Of a DNA stretch of 64,000 nt, positions 38,684 through 51,971 are shown one piece after another. Made by a program: the position numbers and the translations under genes. The stretch's first letter is position 1. Each line of letters starts with the position of its first letter. Origin of the DNA: Paraspadella gotoi (Eukaryota > Animalia > Chaetognatha); assembly GCA_051294375.1 (NCBI GenBank), contig CM119265.1, positions 5,067,505 through 5,131,504 of the forward strand, in the 5' to 3' direction. Below the pieces are notes generated by a model, which was not told the DNA's origin, made no database searches, and was given only the letters and a program-made list of their open reading frames with translations.

Positions 38684-39554
38684 GCTCTTCGTGGAATCAA
38701 TTAGCGCCTCAAGAGCCCCTGGCGGAAGGCCACTGAACTTTGGGAAGGGAACCGATTTCCCGCAGTGCACCAAAACAAAAGACGCGGGTTTGGGGTCGTG
38801 GATGACGTGAGTTGGCGCTGGATTGTGCTGGATGGCGTTGGATGGCGTTGGATGGCGTGGAATTATGGGAGAAGGCGTGTGTTGGAAAATAGAAAGGGAC
38901 GTGAGTTTTTTTTTTCACTCACGTTTTTAACATGATTGAATAAAAAAAATAGATAACTAATGAAATTTCTCACATGGTTTTTTTTTTTTTTTAGATTCAC
39001 TTTTCTCTTTCCTCTTTATTTATTTTTCCTTCCTTTTCTCTCTATTTTTTTCTCGCTTGAAAAGATGACGTTTTATGATTGATGTCACTCGAAGCTTCGG
39101 TCAGTTTATCGACGACGACGACGACGACGACGACGCACAACTCCCCCTCATCCTTGCGAATCGTTCTTCCGCGATCTCGAATGTCTAATGTTTATTGTCC
39201 GATGTCCGTTCATAAACATCGCCTTGGAGCGAGAAAGTCGAAAGTCTCTCGGAAATATAAATGATAAATGATAAAAAACATAAAACATTAATTGCAGGAA
39301 AAAATTTATAAAAACAATTATCCGTCTCTATTTTGTGTTAAATAAAAATTGACCACGAGGACCCGCGGGATCAAACCTTTGAGATGGAACCTAAATGGGA
39401 ATCATGAGCGGAAAGCAAAAACCTTGTTTACTGTTTAGATGTTGGTTGGTTAATGGTTAGTTTCGTTTTTTTTTCTCCGGTCAGAATTAATCGCTCGTTG
39501 GTGAACCAAAAAAAAAGAACATAAAACGANNNNNNNNNNNNNNNNNNNNNNNNN

Positions 39555-40789
39555 CTCTCTCTCTCTCTCTCCTCTTCTCTCTCTCTTCTCCTCTCTCACG
39601 TACGCGGCGAGAGGGAGAGATCCAGTCCAATTGAATCCGAAACCGAAAAAAATCAACGTGAGATGTGGATACGATCTTCTTCGCTTCCTGCCTTCGTCTC
39701 TTCAGCTCCTTCTTCAACTTCTCTCTCCCGCCCTCCCGAACTCTCCTCCTCCTCCCAGCTTCCACTCTCCTCCATCTCCCAGCCCTCTCTCCCTCCTCGC
39801 CGACGGATTATACTTTTTTCCGATGGGAGCATTCGCTGCCGATTTTTTATATTCAAGGCTCGTCGTTCGTGTCGTCGTTCGTCGTCGGTTCGAATTTATC
39901 ATCTCAAAATCCGCGTGTCTTTGAGATAACGGGGAAGGTTATCCATTCTATACAGAATACTTTTTTCGTGGTCGTTGACGGATGCGTGTAATCGTTTCGA
40001 GTGAGAGAATGATCAAAGAGGACAGAGAGGAAGAGGTGCCGATGAGCGAAGACAGACGTGCGAGTCTCGGCGAGCAGGTCCGCGCAGCAGCGCAGAGCGG
40101 GAGGAAATTTGAGTTTCGTTTCGGACACGAGACCGTCTGGTCGAGAGTCCCACTCGAGAGAAGAGAGCGACCTCGTCGGTTCGGAGTCGTCGTTCGTCGG
40201 CCCAGGACTGATAATCCAACAGGGTTTTTCTTTCCATGTGAGCTAACTAGAGATTTCACAAAAAGGATGTTTTGGCCAGTTTAACCCATTGAAGTATAAG
40301 AAATAATAATATTAAGTAAACCCTTTCTCTCGCGATTAAACTACCTTGACATAAATACTAATTTATTTTTTTCATTCAATCTCATCTGAGTTTATGATTT
40401 GCCAAATTCTTTTTTTTTTGCTGTATTATCAATCCAATTGAACTAAGGTAATAACCTCGACTGCATTCAGTTCTCTGTTTAGTCTTTTTGTAAATATTAG
40501 AAACTCACGTGATTAAATATAATCCTAATCATAAAAATTAAGAAAAAACATTTACGGAATAAGTAAATTATTTAATTTAAAAAAACAAATTATTGCATAG
40601 TTTACGTTTAATTGAGGTCTTTTATTATCAATTCGAGGTTCTTGAAACCTCTGGATAAAAGAGTATAAATTCCAAGCAACAAAAAAAAGAAGAAAAATTG
40701 GAGCGTTTCCAAGAGAATTACCTAAAGACAAATTTTCAGTTCTGAAACGAGGCGCGAAGCCAAGGCCTTCCGACGGTTGTCTCGTCGTC

Positions 40790-40825
<36 letters not shown>

Positions 40826-43570
40826 TGTCGTCGTTCTCGACGTCGTCGTCGTTCCGACGGAATCAAAATTGAAGAATTTTTGTTTACTTAACGCGTGGCG
40901 TCGTTATTCAGGGGTGAAAGAATGAGCCCATTTGGAGATGCAATTCGGCGTGCACTGAACGTCCGGGTGCAATCTCGCGGGCATGGGGCGGGCGAATCGG
41001 TCTTTTTAGGTATGGAAAAAGGAAAGGAAAGGAAAGGGAAAAAGGAAAAAAGTTAAACGATGGAAAAAGGAGGCGCGGTTAAGGGCCGTATTTTTCTCGG
41101 GGTGGCGTGACCACGGAGGAATTTTACCCTATTCACGCTCATATCAGCTATTTTTTGAGGCGTTGGCAGCCGTGGCAACGCCGTAGCAGTTATTCTTTGT
41201 TCGACGTCGTTTCAGTTTTCATTTCTTCCGCTTTCAACAGTGGTTCACTCGGAATTGTTCCCATTCTTAGCGGGAAGTCCTTTGATCTCCTCTCCCATTT
41301 CCCACCCCTTTCCCCCCCTTCTCCAAACCTCTAACCCCCTTCCCCGTCTTTTCTTCCCCCACTTCTCCCCCCCAGCCGTGACATGAGAGCGGATTCGACC
41401 CTCGCGAGGTGAATCGGGGGCCACGAGCTGGAAATCCATTTCACGGTTTCCAGGAGACCGAAAATGACCAAAAAGAGGAGGAGGAAAAACGAGCGGCGGG
41501 GAGGCGGCGCTGGGGCGGCAGGTTGCCGCAGGTGAGCGGCGGCCGGTCGAAAAAATCAAAAACGAATCTCTTCTTTAGAAGTTCGTTGGAATGGGGTGGG
41601 GGTGGGCTGGAGTTGTAGCGATGGTGGGACTGGTAGGGATGAGATTGTTGGAGAGGGAGAGGAGAGTGAGGGAAAAAGAAGTCGACAAGGAAACAGGGTC
41701 TGACGGTCTGAGGAAAACCGGAGAAAAAAATAACTAAAATATTAGGCGATAATTAATAACTTCTAAATTTTTTACCATTTTTTTTTCTCTGCGCTTTCCG
41801 ACTTTAATTTTTTTTTCATCGAAATTAAATAGAAGCAGCGTCTATTTCATTTAAAAGACCAAGATCAAATATAGATTTGGGAAGAATACAAGAGTTTACA
41901 ATTGTTATGATAAATGAATAAAAGGAATATATCAACCTCCTCCGCGCCGGTCAATGAAGAATGGACCGAAAATTCCAGATTAATAAAAAAAACTGTGTGA
42001 GAGGAAAGTTGCAGTCCAGGATTCCATTAGAGGCTTAAAACATAAAAGATGAAAACGGAAACAACGACTCGGAATGGTTTGTCCATTCGAGAAAACTGGA
42101 TGAAGAAACGAATGGAGATAGAGATGGAGAGAGACAAGAGCGGAGAAGATATTCATCTCGAGTCACTTGACACTGCGAGCTATTTATTTCCTTTTTTTTA
42201 TTTCGGAAAACCGGAAGAAGTTAATGGATGTGTAACTGATGATTGAGTTTTTCTGAAAGTGGTTTAAGGATTCTAGGGGGTTTAACGTGAAAGAACAGCA
42301 AAGCTTTAAAAAGAAAAAACACTAGGAAAAACAAGGTTGAAAAATCAAAACGAACGAATAAGAATTCGCGAAAGAGGAAAAGGATGAAGGGCGAAAAAGG
42401 AAATAGTAAAAAAAAAAAAGGGAGGAAAACCGAAAAGGGATAAGAGGATTATAAGGGAAAAAGAGAAATAGGAGATTTAGAAATCGGAGCCGGGGTTTAT
42501 GAGAGGGGAGAAAAAGAGGGAGAAAAAGAGGGGAAAGAAGGGGAAAAGGAGGGGAAAAAAATGGAGTTGGGATTAGAAAAAGGCGGGACTTTAAATGAGT
42601 CCGGACTGGCTAGAATGAGAGGGAGAAGTGAGAATTGTGCTGGGAATGTTAGGAATTGGTGTGGGGAGAGGGGAAGAGAGAGAGAGACAGAGAAGAGAGA
42701 GGAGAGTAGAGAGAGAGGGAAGAGAAAGGGATACAAGCAGAACGAGTGAAGAATCTATAAAAAGGGATAAATTTTTGTTTTGACAATTCTACTAATCTGT
42801 AAATTGTGAAAATATTGACAATATTACAATTACTATTTTGCGCTTAACTCCGACAGTCCCGCCCCGCCTTTTCCAAAAATGAACATAAAAAGAATATTTC
42901 GCGCGCGAAACTCGATCCCGTTAGCATAAAGAAAATTAATAAAAATGCAGGGACCAAAAAAAAAAATGCGTTCCATTTCCTCTTTTTTTTTTTTTCTTCG
43001 AAATGACTTGAAAAATAAATCGCCTTCAAAAGAATGAAAGCGAAGTGATGGAAACGGAAATAAGTCGCTGGCCGATAGAGGGGGTGCGTTGGCACAATGG
43101 CGACCTGCCGAAAAGGAGCCGGTCTTTAATAAACCCGTTGACGCCCATTTTCCCGCGTTTCGTCCAGCGGTGCTCCTTTTCAAAGAGCGGCGGGCGTCGC
43201 TGCGACAACAAAGGACCGCCCGCGCTCGGCGTCCAATAACATCGGGAAGTGTTGTGGCGGGCGGAAAAGACGCTGTGTACAGGAAAACGGCGGAGAAAGA
43301 GAGTTCGGAAAGAACTTCTTTTTTTTTTCTGTGACTTGCGCGCGAAGCGAAATTTTGAAATCCTTAAGATATCAGAGTTAACTTTCCTTGAACGTTTTTT
43401 ATTCGAATTTACAAAAAGTGAAGAATTCCCCGATGGTCGAGATATCACGGTTGTGTCCGTAAAGTCATATATTTCAGTTCGTTCGGGTCGGAAACGAAAA
43501 AGCGATCAGTTCGTCATCGTCCTCGATCCCAAATTGGGGCAGATTTAGCAACGGAATTCAAATGACAAGA
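39555..43570 (+). repeat. Arm E of a ~4-kb inverted duplication (partner 51972-55525)
   Basis: Colinear reverse complement, e.g. 42890-43030 versus 52465-52610 and 40880-41000 versus 54445-54570. Confidence 0.93.
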
Positions 43571-43899
43571 TAACTATGAGGAACGATCAACTAGATCAAC
43601 TGGACATCAGCTATTCTGTCTGATGACCTCTCATTGACCTGCATGTCTTTTATCTTTGACGGAGGGAGCCTCGAGTAAGTACAATGAGCGAATTGTAAAT
43701 TCTGAGTCTCAGTGGAACTATGTGTGAGGATAGCCGGGTTACAACTGATTTGTCATGTTAGAAATATTAATTTTTTACAATATTAAATACATCGAATAAC
43801 ATCTATTCACAGAACAAAGTCGCACCTCACGCTATATTCCGCTTCGACATTACGTCACCTATGTAGCCACAACGTCGACGATCTATCACAATTTGACAT

Positions 43900-44080
43900 C
43901 GCGTCACATTCCTCCTGCGTCACACACCTCCTCGGCAAGCGAGTCCCGCGTCGGATCTCGCCTTTCGGCTGGGTCTGGAAGTGGGCGGGGGGCAAGGGGG
44001 CGGGGAGGCGTGACCGCGCGACTATTTCTTTATCCCGGTCGACTCCGTCATAATCATTTGGCATTCGTTTCCGGTTTCAG
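43900..44080. promoter_or_regulatory. GC-box/ETS-containing promoter-like patch
   Basis: ggaagtgggcgggg and ggggcgggg at 43977-44005, ttccggtt at ~44069, followed by a long T-rich tract at 44150-44320. Confidence 0.3.
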
Positions 44081-46339
44081 CTGTTAGATACGATGACCAA
44101 TGGCGCAATATATTTTCAACGTCCCAAACACGACTGAAGTTGAAGTTGTGGCTTTTTTTTTTTCTGTTTTGTGTTTCTCCTCGTCTTTTTTTTTTCTATT
44201 TTTTTTTGTTCCTTTTTTTTTTTTTTTTTTTTTTATTGTTTTTTTTTTGTTTTTTTTTTTTTTTTTTTTATGTTTTATTGCGTGTGTTGTTCGTTTAGTG
44301 TGTGCTGTATTTTTTTTTTATAGAATAATATGTGAGGTTCTTGCTTAAACCGACAAGTGAGGGCGGGAAAATTGGGTTTGTTTTCTTAGTTTTTTATATG
44401 CTGGCGGTGGCTTCGAAATAAAGTGGAAAGACGAAGAAAAAAAATATAGAAAAAGGGCTTTCGCCGCGTCATTGCAACCGACTCGGAAAATATGAAAAAA
44501 AAATCCTACCCGAGAGATTGAAACAAGGAGCACCCCCCAAAAATTTCTAACGGCCCGTGGCAAAGAAGAATAAGAGTTAATTCAAAAGAGAAAAGCCAGT
44601 CTCATGCGAATATTTTTGTTTATGTTCTAAACTTTTAGTTTACTCTACCTCCGTTTGAAATCTGAATTAGGCTGTGATTTCGTTCGTAAATGCGTGATTA
44701 TCCAAAAAAGTTTTAAAGAAAGAACGAATAGAAACCGCCGCGGGCGTGTAAATCTATTGTTAAATAAAGCCCAGATATTGTGTCGTTTTGCAAAGCGGAA
44801 ATCTCAGTTGTGACCTCCTACGCAATGTAAAGAGGTATACAGTATAGTAGTATAGATTAGGAAGTACGTTGTTCAGTGTTAAAGGTGCACGTGAGCTACT
44901 CGATGCGAAATAAGTATAAGTGATATTTTAGATGTAGTATGAGAGTGCAGGAGAAAAGTCACTCCGAATCATCTGCAATTGTCATTCAAATAGTATAGAG
45001 AGTAAAAATAACGTCAAAATGTCATTAAAAACGCCACTTAGCCTTCGGATTAATTAACCTCGTGAGGAATTAGAGTCTGAAAATGTAGCCCGTCTGATTG
45101 AGAGTTCAAAAATGTTCCCTCCCTCTTCGCCTTACTCTCCTCGTCATCAGTACCGCGATTCGGGCTTAACTTTCCTTACATTTGGCGATAAATCCATCCC
45201 TAATGTAGCGTCCATCGTTCCATTATACTACTGACGTCGTTTCCTGTGGGCGCGTTAATTTTCATCACCACTTATACGGTTACTCCGGCGTCGTGTTTAC
45301 ATCCTCCCTTTCCTCTCTCTCGTCTCTCTCCTCGCGCCGTCTCTCTCCTCTCTCTCTCTCTCTCGTCTGATACGTGTCGTCCTCTCCTCTGCCTTCGTCG
45401 GTTCGCGCCCATGAATTTATTTCACTACACTGCGTTTGTCTTTCCCTCCTCCTGCCCTTATTCCTTTACAGTCCAGACCCTTTTTGCCTATCTCGTCCTA
45501 TATGTCCGCCTTCGTTTAAATCGCAATCCGGTTTTTTTCTAATATAATTCTTAGAAGTCGTGTTTCCTCGCTTCATTCGAAGAGGATCTACAAGCAAGAA
45601 TAGGCCAACCCTTTTTTTTGTTTTTGTTGATGTCTCTCTTGGTGCTGACAGATGGTTTCCGTATAGCCAGACGCAAGTTTATACCCACTATCGTGTGAGC
45701 GTCATTGTTTTTGTGTTGTGTCGCTTTTTGCGTCTTTTGCTCAAAATAGCGCCGACGAAGAGAAAACAGAACATCTGGAGAACAAAGATGAAAGCGACGA
45801 TGCCTAATACAAAAAAGATGAGATCCGCATTCTGATATCGCGCCTTGAGATATAAAGGACGACGACGACGCGACCTAAACGGGCGCGACGACGAAGACGA
45901 CGTGCGACGACTGAAGACGCGGATGTGACTCGATCTACGAAGCTCGACGACCCCGACCGGACCTCCGAGCACGATACTCGTCAGTGTTGGCAAAAGAAAG
46001 AAAAAAGTAGGCCCGCGATAACTCCAGCTTGCGTAGTGAGCGATTTTAGGTGACTTAAAAAAGGTAATATAACGGTGCCAGAGGTGCATATGGAAAGCTC
46101 TGAGCAACAGATAGGAGATCGCGGAGAAACGGGCGATCAAAATGCGCGTGTGAAAAATAACAAAAAATTACCAGATAAACTAGGCACATCGTGCTCTAAT
46201 GATAATCTATCAACAAAAAGAGCCCAAAGGAAAAACAGAATTCTTCGCGATATTATATCTCTCGGCGAAGGAAACCAATTCTTCATGATTATATTCTGAG
46301 ATCGCGTATTCGAATAAATATGTATCAATAGCTCTCTAA

Positions 46340-48684
46340 ATTATATCTTAGAAATTAAGTTGAAAAAGCAAAAAGAATTCTCGCTGGCTCGAAAGAGAGT
46401 GAAATCGGGGGGTTTCTCCCTCGTCTATACATTCTCTTCAGTGAGTATTTCACTCTTTTAAGGAAACCGGGAAAAGGAGAAATATTATCCTCCGACAACT
46501 CAAAACGTAAATAGGTAGTGAAATAACACAGCGTACTTTTTTAGTAGTTAGTGCTTGGGATGCTATGTCTCGTGTCGGTCAGCCGATACTTGCTGACAAG
46601 CAAATGCGGGGAAGATATAGGCGTGATGATGACAGTATTTCACCTCGTCATGCAACCCTCCGGCAACCAAGTGATGTCTTCTCGTCCAGTCGATTTAATT
46701 GGGTGTCATTAGATCTAGGGCTCTGGGCCTGAGGAGAAGAAGAAGGCGACTTTGGCGTGTGGCCCAGTGTGGTAGGCTAACGTACCTCATGAGGCTCGAA
46801 TTAGATAGGCGGTGCCGGAGATCAGAGTCGGTTTCTGACCCTGTAGCGTAAGTGGTGATACATTCTCCATGCTTTCTGTAAACTGAAATGGCCGGGACCA
46901 GTCGTCTCTCGTACATCTATATTTATTAATTTATTCTCCGAATTTTTGACATTGTTTTTGTAGTTGAGTACGACTACAAAACCACAAATCACGACGACAT
47001 GACGTCTACAAAGTCCTCAGGCGTGGAATTAAATGTTCTTCAGCAGTGCAGGAAGAAAGAATAGTGTTTTCTTTAATTACGTTCCTCGTCCTCACCGCGA
47101 GCCGACGAATCCGCTAAAACTTCGAGTTTTCCTTCCCTCATAAAACGAGAGCTCCAGACAAAATCATCTTAATATACAATTCCTATCCTTCCTCATTCCG
47201 CCCTTAAGTCCCTATAATTCTACTCCACTTCCTCCGTAAGCGACCACTCTGCGCGAAATCCTGAACCATGTTTGATCCTCGAGAGCGTGCTAGAGCATAC
47301 ACCCGCTCGTCGTACTCGTGCCCTCTCCTTTTCTCTTCTCGTTGGCCAAATCGTTTGCTGTGCGTATCTCTATATAGAACGCCGCCTTTCTCTGTATTGT
47401 ACCGCTCGGCCTCCGTCACATTCGCCTATTCATATCGTGTGTATCCCTCCTGCGATTTAGTGCGAGGCGCATCTAGCTATAGGCCAGGTGCTTCGCCCCG
47501 AAGGGGACTCTCTCTCAAGCAGGTAACTAAAACTAAAAGCTCTTTGCTCTGGCGACTTGAAAAATAGTGAATAAAGAGATATATCAAATTATAGAAAAAT
47601 TAATACAGAGTGATGTGTATCAAAGAATATGAGATTATTGAAATAAACTCCGACTGTATGTTTTTATTCCCCGTGTGAACGTGCGCAGCAAGAATCGGAA
47701 GAGGGCGAGGGCGACGTACGGATTATTAGCCTATGACGACGACGACAACGACAAAGGCAGAAAGAGTTACGCCGTTAATTATTATTTGCAGTTGTTGATT
47801 CGCTCTTCTGCTCAAACCAATTTGTTCGGAAGAGAGAGAGAGAGATACGAGGACGATTGTTAGAGTGATACTTGTGATGATGGATTTATGAGCGAATTCG
47901 AAAAAGCTGTAAATAATGATAGTAAATAAACATTGCGCGTTGGCGGAGAAAGTCGAAAGTCTCTCGGAAGATATAAATGATAAATGATAAAAACATAAAA
48001 CATTAGATTGCAGGAAAACATTTATAAAACAATTATCCGTTCTATTTTGTGTTTAATAAAAATTGACCACGAGGACCGCGCGGGATCAAACCTTTGAGAT
48101 GGAACCTACAAATGGGAATCATGAGCGGAAAGCAAAAACCTTGGTTACTGTTTTTGATGTGTTGGTAATGGTTAGTTTCGTTTTTTTTCTCCGGTTCAGA
48201 AATTAATCGCTCGGTGGTGAACCAAAAAAAAATTTAAAAAAAACCCGCCAAGCGTATGATTTAGAGATGAAATTTCAAAGCCATCGACTGTAGCAATTTT
48301 TAATTCGTATTCCTACCGGTCAATTGGCAGCATTCGGCTGCATTCGCATTTGAAGAAAAAAACGGCAGAAGCTAGGTTGGAATATGAAAAGAATTATATT
48401 GAAAATGTCTTTGAAAAATGTTTCTATTTTTTTTAAATTACAATGAGTTTCAATTATGTATAACTTCATGTTAAAATCTGAAAGCGAAGCACTACAAGCT
48501 TCGAGAAAAATAAATATTACGGGCTCTTGTTCCGAACGATGAAGCCCGCGGGCCTTTTGAATCATCGGTTTGACGCGCAAATCGCGCTGAAGGTAAAAAA
48601 AAATCATTTGAATTTTCCCTCCTTCCACGTCAACGGATAGTCACCGACTCCCTCTTTGTCTCTCTCTCTCTCTCTCCTCTCTCT

Positions 48685-48738
<54 letters not shown>

Positions 48739-49788
48739 TCTCTCTCCCTCTCTCTCTCTCTGGCTCTCTGTTGTTGCGTGTGGTCAGAGCGCTGATCTCG
48801 GCAAATCTAAAAATTAAAAACAAAAAATAGAGTATGGTCCTTACTATCATTATTTACAGCTTTTTCGAATTCGCTCAAAATCCATATCACAAAGTTCACA
48901 ATAATCGCCCAAACCCATTCTTTTCCCTCACAACTTTTCCCTAAGCGCAGTTCAATCTCACGGAAAAAACAGTCGTAATTTTTTTTTCAAAAGAAAAACA
49001 TTTCCCATCGCCAAGTCGTAAACAAGATGGCCTTGGAAATCGCGGCGAATGACTCCTTCAAAATGTCGCAATGGCATAATGGCATAATGGGGCGCGAGAA
49101 AGAGAGAAAGGCGCGCATATGATTCACCACCTGTTGCCACAAAGAATGCCATTTGTCGCGCGTTTCTCTTCCCTCGGGCCACTTGTTGCGTCGGAGAGGG
49201 CGGGGGAGTAGAGACTGGCGGTGGGGGTGGATGAAGAGAGTGAGTCGAGGCTGTTGGTTGGCGGGAGAAACGAAGTAGGCGTCGCCGGCGGCGAACGAAA
49301 GAAAAATATTTTCCCGCGAAACATTTTCCCGAGGGATGACGTCATCGTCGTCGTCGTCGTCGTAGTCGTCCTCGCCATCAGTTACGAGCTTGAATGTCAC
49401 CTTCGCCGTCAGACCGACTCTGTCTCTCGCTTTCTGTCTCTGTCTCACTCTGGGTCACCAATCTTCTCTTTCCTCCTCAGGCCCAACCCTTCTAATCCCA
49501 CTTTCGCTGCCATCAACTTGTTGCGGGTTCGTCTCGAGGGAATCTCTCACTCCTAATTTCCCCCCCCGCATTTTTCACAAGTATCGGCTACGACAGAACT
49601 CTCCGCAAATATATTCTTATTTCACTACCTATTTTCAATTTTGAGTTTTGAATTTTCTTTTTCCGTTTCCTTAAAAGAGTGAAATATCACTGAAGAGAGT
49701 GATATAAAAACGAGGGAGAAACCCCCGATTCACTCTCTTTCGAGCCAAGCGAGAATTCTTTTTGCTTTCACTTAATTCTAAGATATAA
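46340..49788. repeat. Inverted repeat D (46340-47925 / 48840-49788), left arm heavily garbled in the middle
   Basis: aagaattctcgctggctcgaaagagagtgaaatcgggg (~46373) versus 49722-49760; gcgaattcgaaaaagctgtaaataatgatagtaa (~47892) versus 48841-48875. Confidence 0.8.
47945..48230 (+). repeat. ~290-bp direct repeat of 39230-39515
   Basis: gagaaagtcgaaagtctctcggaa...tggtgaaccaaaaaaaa is shared by both copies. Confidence 0.9.
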
Positions 49789-50673
49789 NNNNNNNNNNNN
49801 NNNNNNNNNNNNNNNNNNNNNNNNNNNNNNNNNNNNNNNNNNNNNNNNNNNNNNNNNNNNNNNNNNNNNNNNNNNNNNNNNNNNNNNNNNNNNNNNNNNN
49901 NNNNNNNNNNNNNNNNNNNNNNNNNNNNNNNNNNNNNNNNNNNNNNNNNNNNNNNNNNNNNNNNNNNNNNNNNNNNNNNNNNNNNNNNNNNNNNNNNNNN
50001 NNNNNNNNNNNNNNNNNNNNNNNNNNNNNNNNNNNNNNNNNNNNNNNNNNNNNNNNNNNNNNNNNNNNNNNNNNNNNNNNNNNNNNNNNNNNNNNNNNNN
50101 NNNNNNNNNNNNNNNNNNNNNNNNNNNNNNNNNNNNNNNNNNNNNNNNNNNNNNNNNNNNNNNNNNNNNNNNNNNNNNNNNNNNNNNNNNNNNNNNNNNN
50201 NNNNNNNNNNNNNNNNNNNNNNNNNNNNNNNNNNNNNNNNNNNNNNNNNNNNNNNNNNNNNNNNNNNNNNNNNNNNNNNNNNNNNNNNNNNNNNNNNNNN
50301 NNNNNNNNNNNNNNNNNNNNNNNNNNNNNNNNNNNNNNNNNNNNNNNNNNNNNNNNNNNNNNNNNNNNNNNNNNNNNNNNNNNNNNNNNNNNNNNNNNNN
50401 NNNNNNNNNNNNNNNNNNNNNNNNNNNNNNNNNNNNNNNNNNNNNNNNNNNNNNNNNNNNNNNNNNNNNNNNNNNNNNNNNNNNNNNNNNNNNNNNNNNN
50501 NNNNNNNNNNNNNNNNNNNNNNNNNNNNNNNNNNNNNNNNNNNNNNNNNNNNNNNNNNNNNNNNNNNNNNNNNNNNNNNNNNNNNNNNNNNNNNNNNNNN
50601 NNNNNNNNNNNNNNNNNNNNNNNNNNNNNNNNNNNNNNNNNNNNNNNNNNNNNNNNNNNNNNNNNNNNNNNNN
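49789..50673. other. Largest assembly gap. Other sized gaps: 173-357, 3891-4043, 4883-5075, 5674-5812, 6877-7041. Exactly-25-N gaps: 2569, 12033, 26400, 35908, 39530, 58172. A 10-N gap at 57731.
   Basis: Runs of N counted from the sequence. Confidence 0.99.
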
Positions 50674-51971
50674 AGATAATAATCTAAGTTGTATTTTTAC
50701 TTTTACTGAATTTATTTCTCCGTACAGATTTTTCATTAAAGTTTGTCTGTATAAATCATTCGGTAAGAATCTCTTGCTTATCTTTTGTCTCTCTTTTTTA
50801 TATATTTTTTTTTAATCATTTCGCTGTTTTTTTTGTTCTTTTCGTAATCGATTTTCATTTCCCCATTTTTTCCCCGTTTCTCCCCCACTTCTTCTTTTTT
50901 CTCATGCTTTCTCCTTCCATTCCCCTTTATTTCGCTTTTTTTTCATCCTAATGCTCCCCGCTGAGTTTCCGCCTACTTTGTTTCGTTTTCTTTGCCATAA
51001 GACACCAGTCGTCATCGTCCGTCGTCAATTCGTCGTCGTTCGTTTCGTCGTCGTCATGCTTCGTCGGGTCGAGTTCGTCGCCGTCGTTCTTTCGCGTTAA
51101 CCGTCGGCCGTCGTCTTTCGTCCGTCGTCGCCGTCAGTCTTCGTCCGTTGCGTCGGCCGTCACTTTCGTCATTCGGGTGCGTTGCCGGTCGCCGTTGCGT
51201 CGTCCGTCGTTCGTCTGCCCTCTCTCCATGTCGGCGAACAGATGCCGTCTCATCTTTTTTTTTGTTATTCATCTGCTTTTTTTCCAGATTTTTTGTCTCT
51301 CTCTACGGACTAATTTGGAGAAAATCTAACGAGAAAAGCAGAACACAACAAATGCAGTGCTTGCGGAAAAACTTGACGTTTGACGAAACCATCGGTTTCG
51401 AACTGCAGCAAACAAAAAAAAAAAAAGTTAAAGGTTGCGCTTCTTCGGCTCTCGAATAGCCGAACAGCGCCTCAAAGAGGAAGAACGCGGACTTTAACGA
51501 AGCGCGAAAATAGCGTCACGAAAAAGCGCAAAAAACGGCGTCTCGCGGACTGTAAAGGAATAAAGCAGTGACGGAGGGGAAGACAACGCCAAGCTTAGGA
51601 AAATAATTGGGCACGCGGAACGACCGACGAGAGCAGAAGAGAGAAGAGCGATGAGAGACCCTGAGATGAGGAGAAGAGATGATTGCAGCCGGAGACTATA
51701 GCCCAGGAGAGGAAGCAGACGATCGAGAGCAGATCGCGAGACGAGAGAGCAGAGTAGAGAGAAAGCGGAGGAATGAGAACACGACGCCGTGCCTGCCGGA
51801 TGAAATGCCGACGAAAAATACAACGCTCCGTATGATTAGATAAGTGGTGATTCGCCACAGGAAACGAACGTCATCTCTCTTCTTTTTTAACTCGAGGTCC
51901 CTCGTCAAAAGATAACGGGGCATGAGGTCAGGACGAGAGGTCACGAGATATGAGATCAGGATCTCAGTGTC

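Noticed and set aside
39355-39380. tRNA/SINE B-box-like GGTTTGATCCC on the minus strand
   Set aside because: No A box at the proper spacing and no cloverleaf.
43575-43625. C/D-box snoRNA (ATGAGGA...CTGA)
   Set aside because: Non-canonical C box, too short, no terminal stem, and it lies at a noisy junction.
44800-47800. Apparently novel unique sequence (also 26425-30500, 34860-35650, 58500-59400)
   Set aside because: Where a partner copy exists (arm D) it proves to be garbled, insertion-expanded read sequence, so it is not interpretable without polishing.
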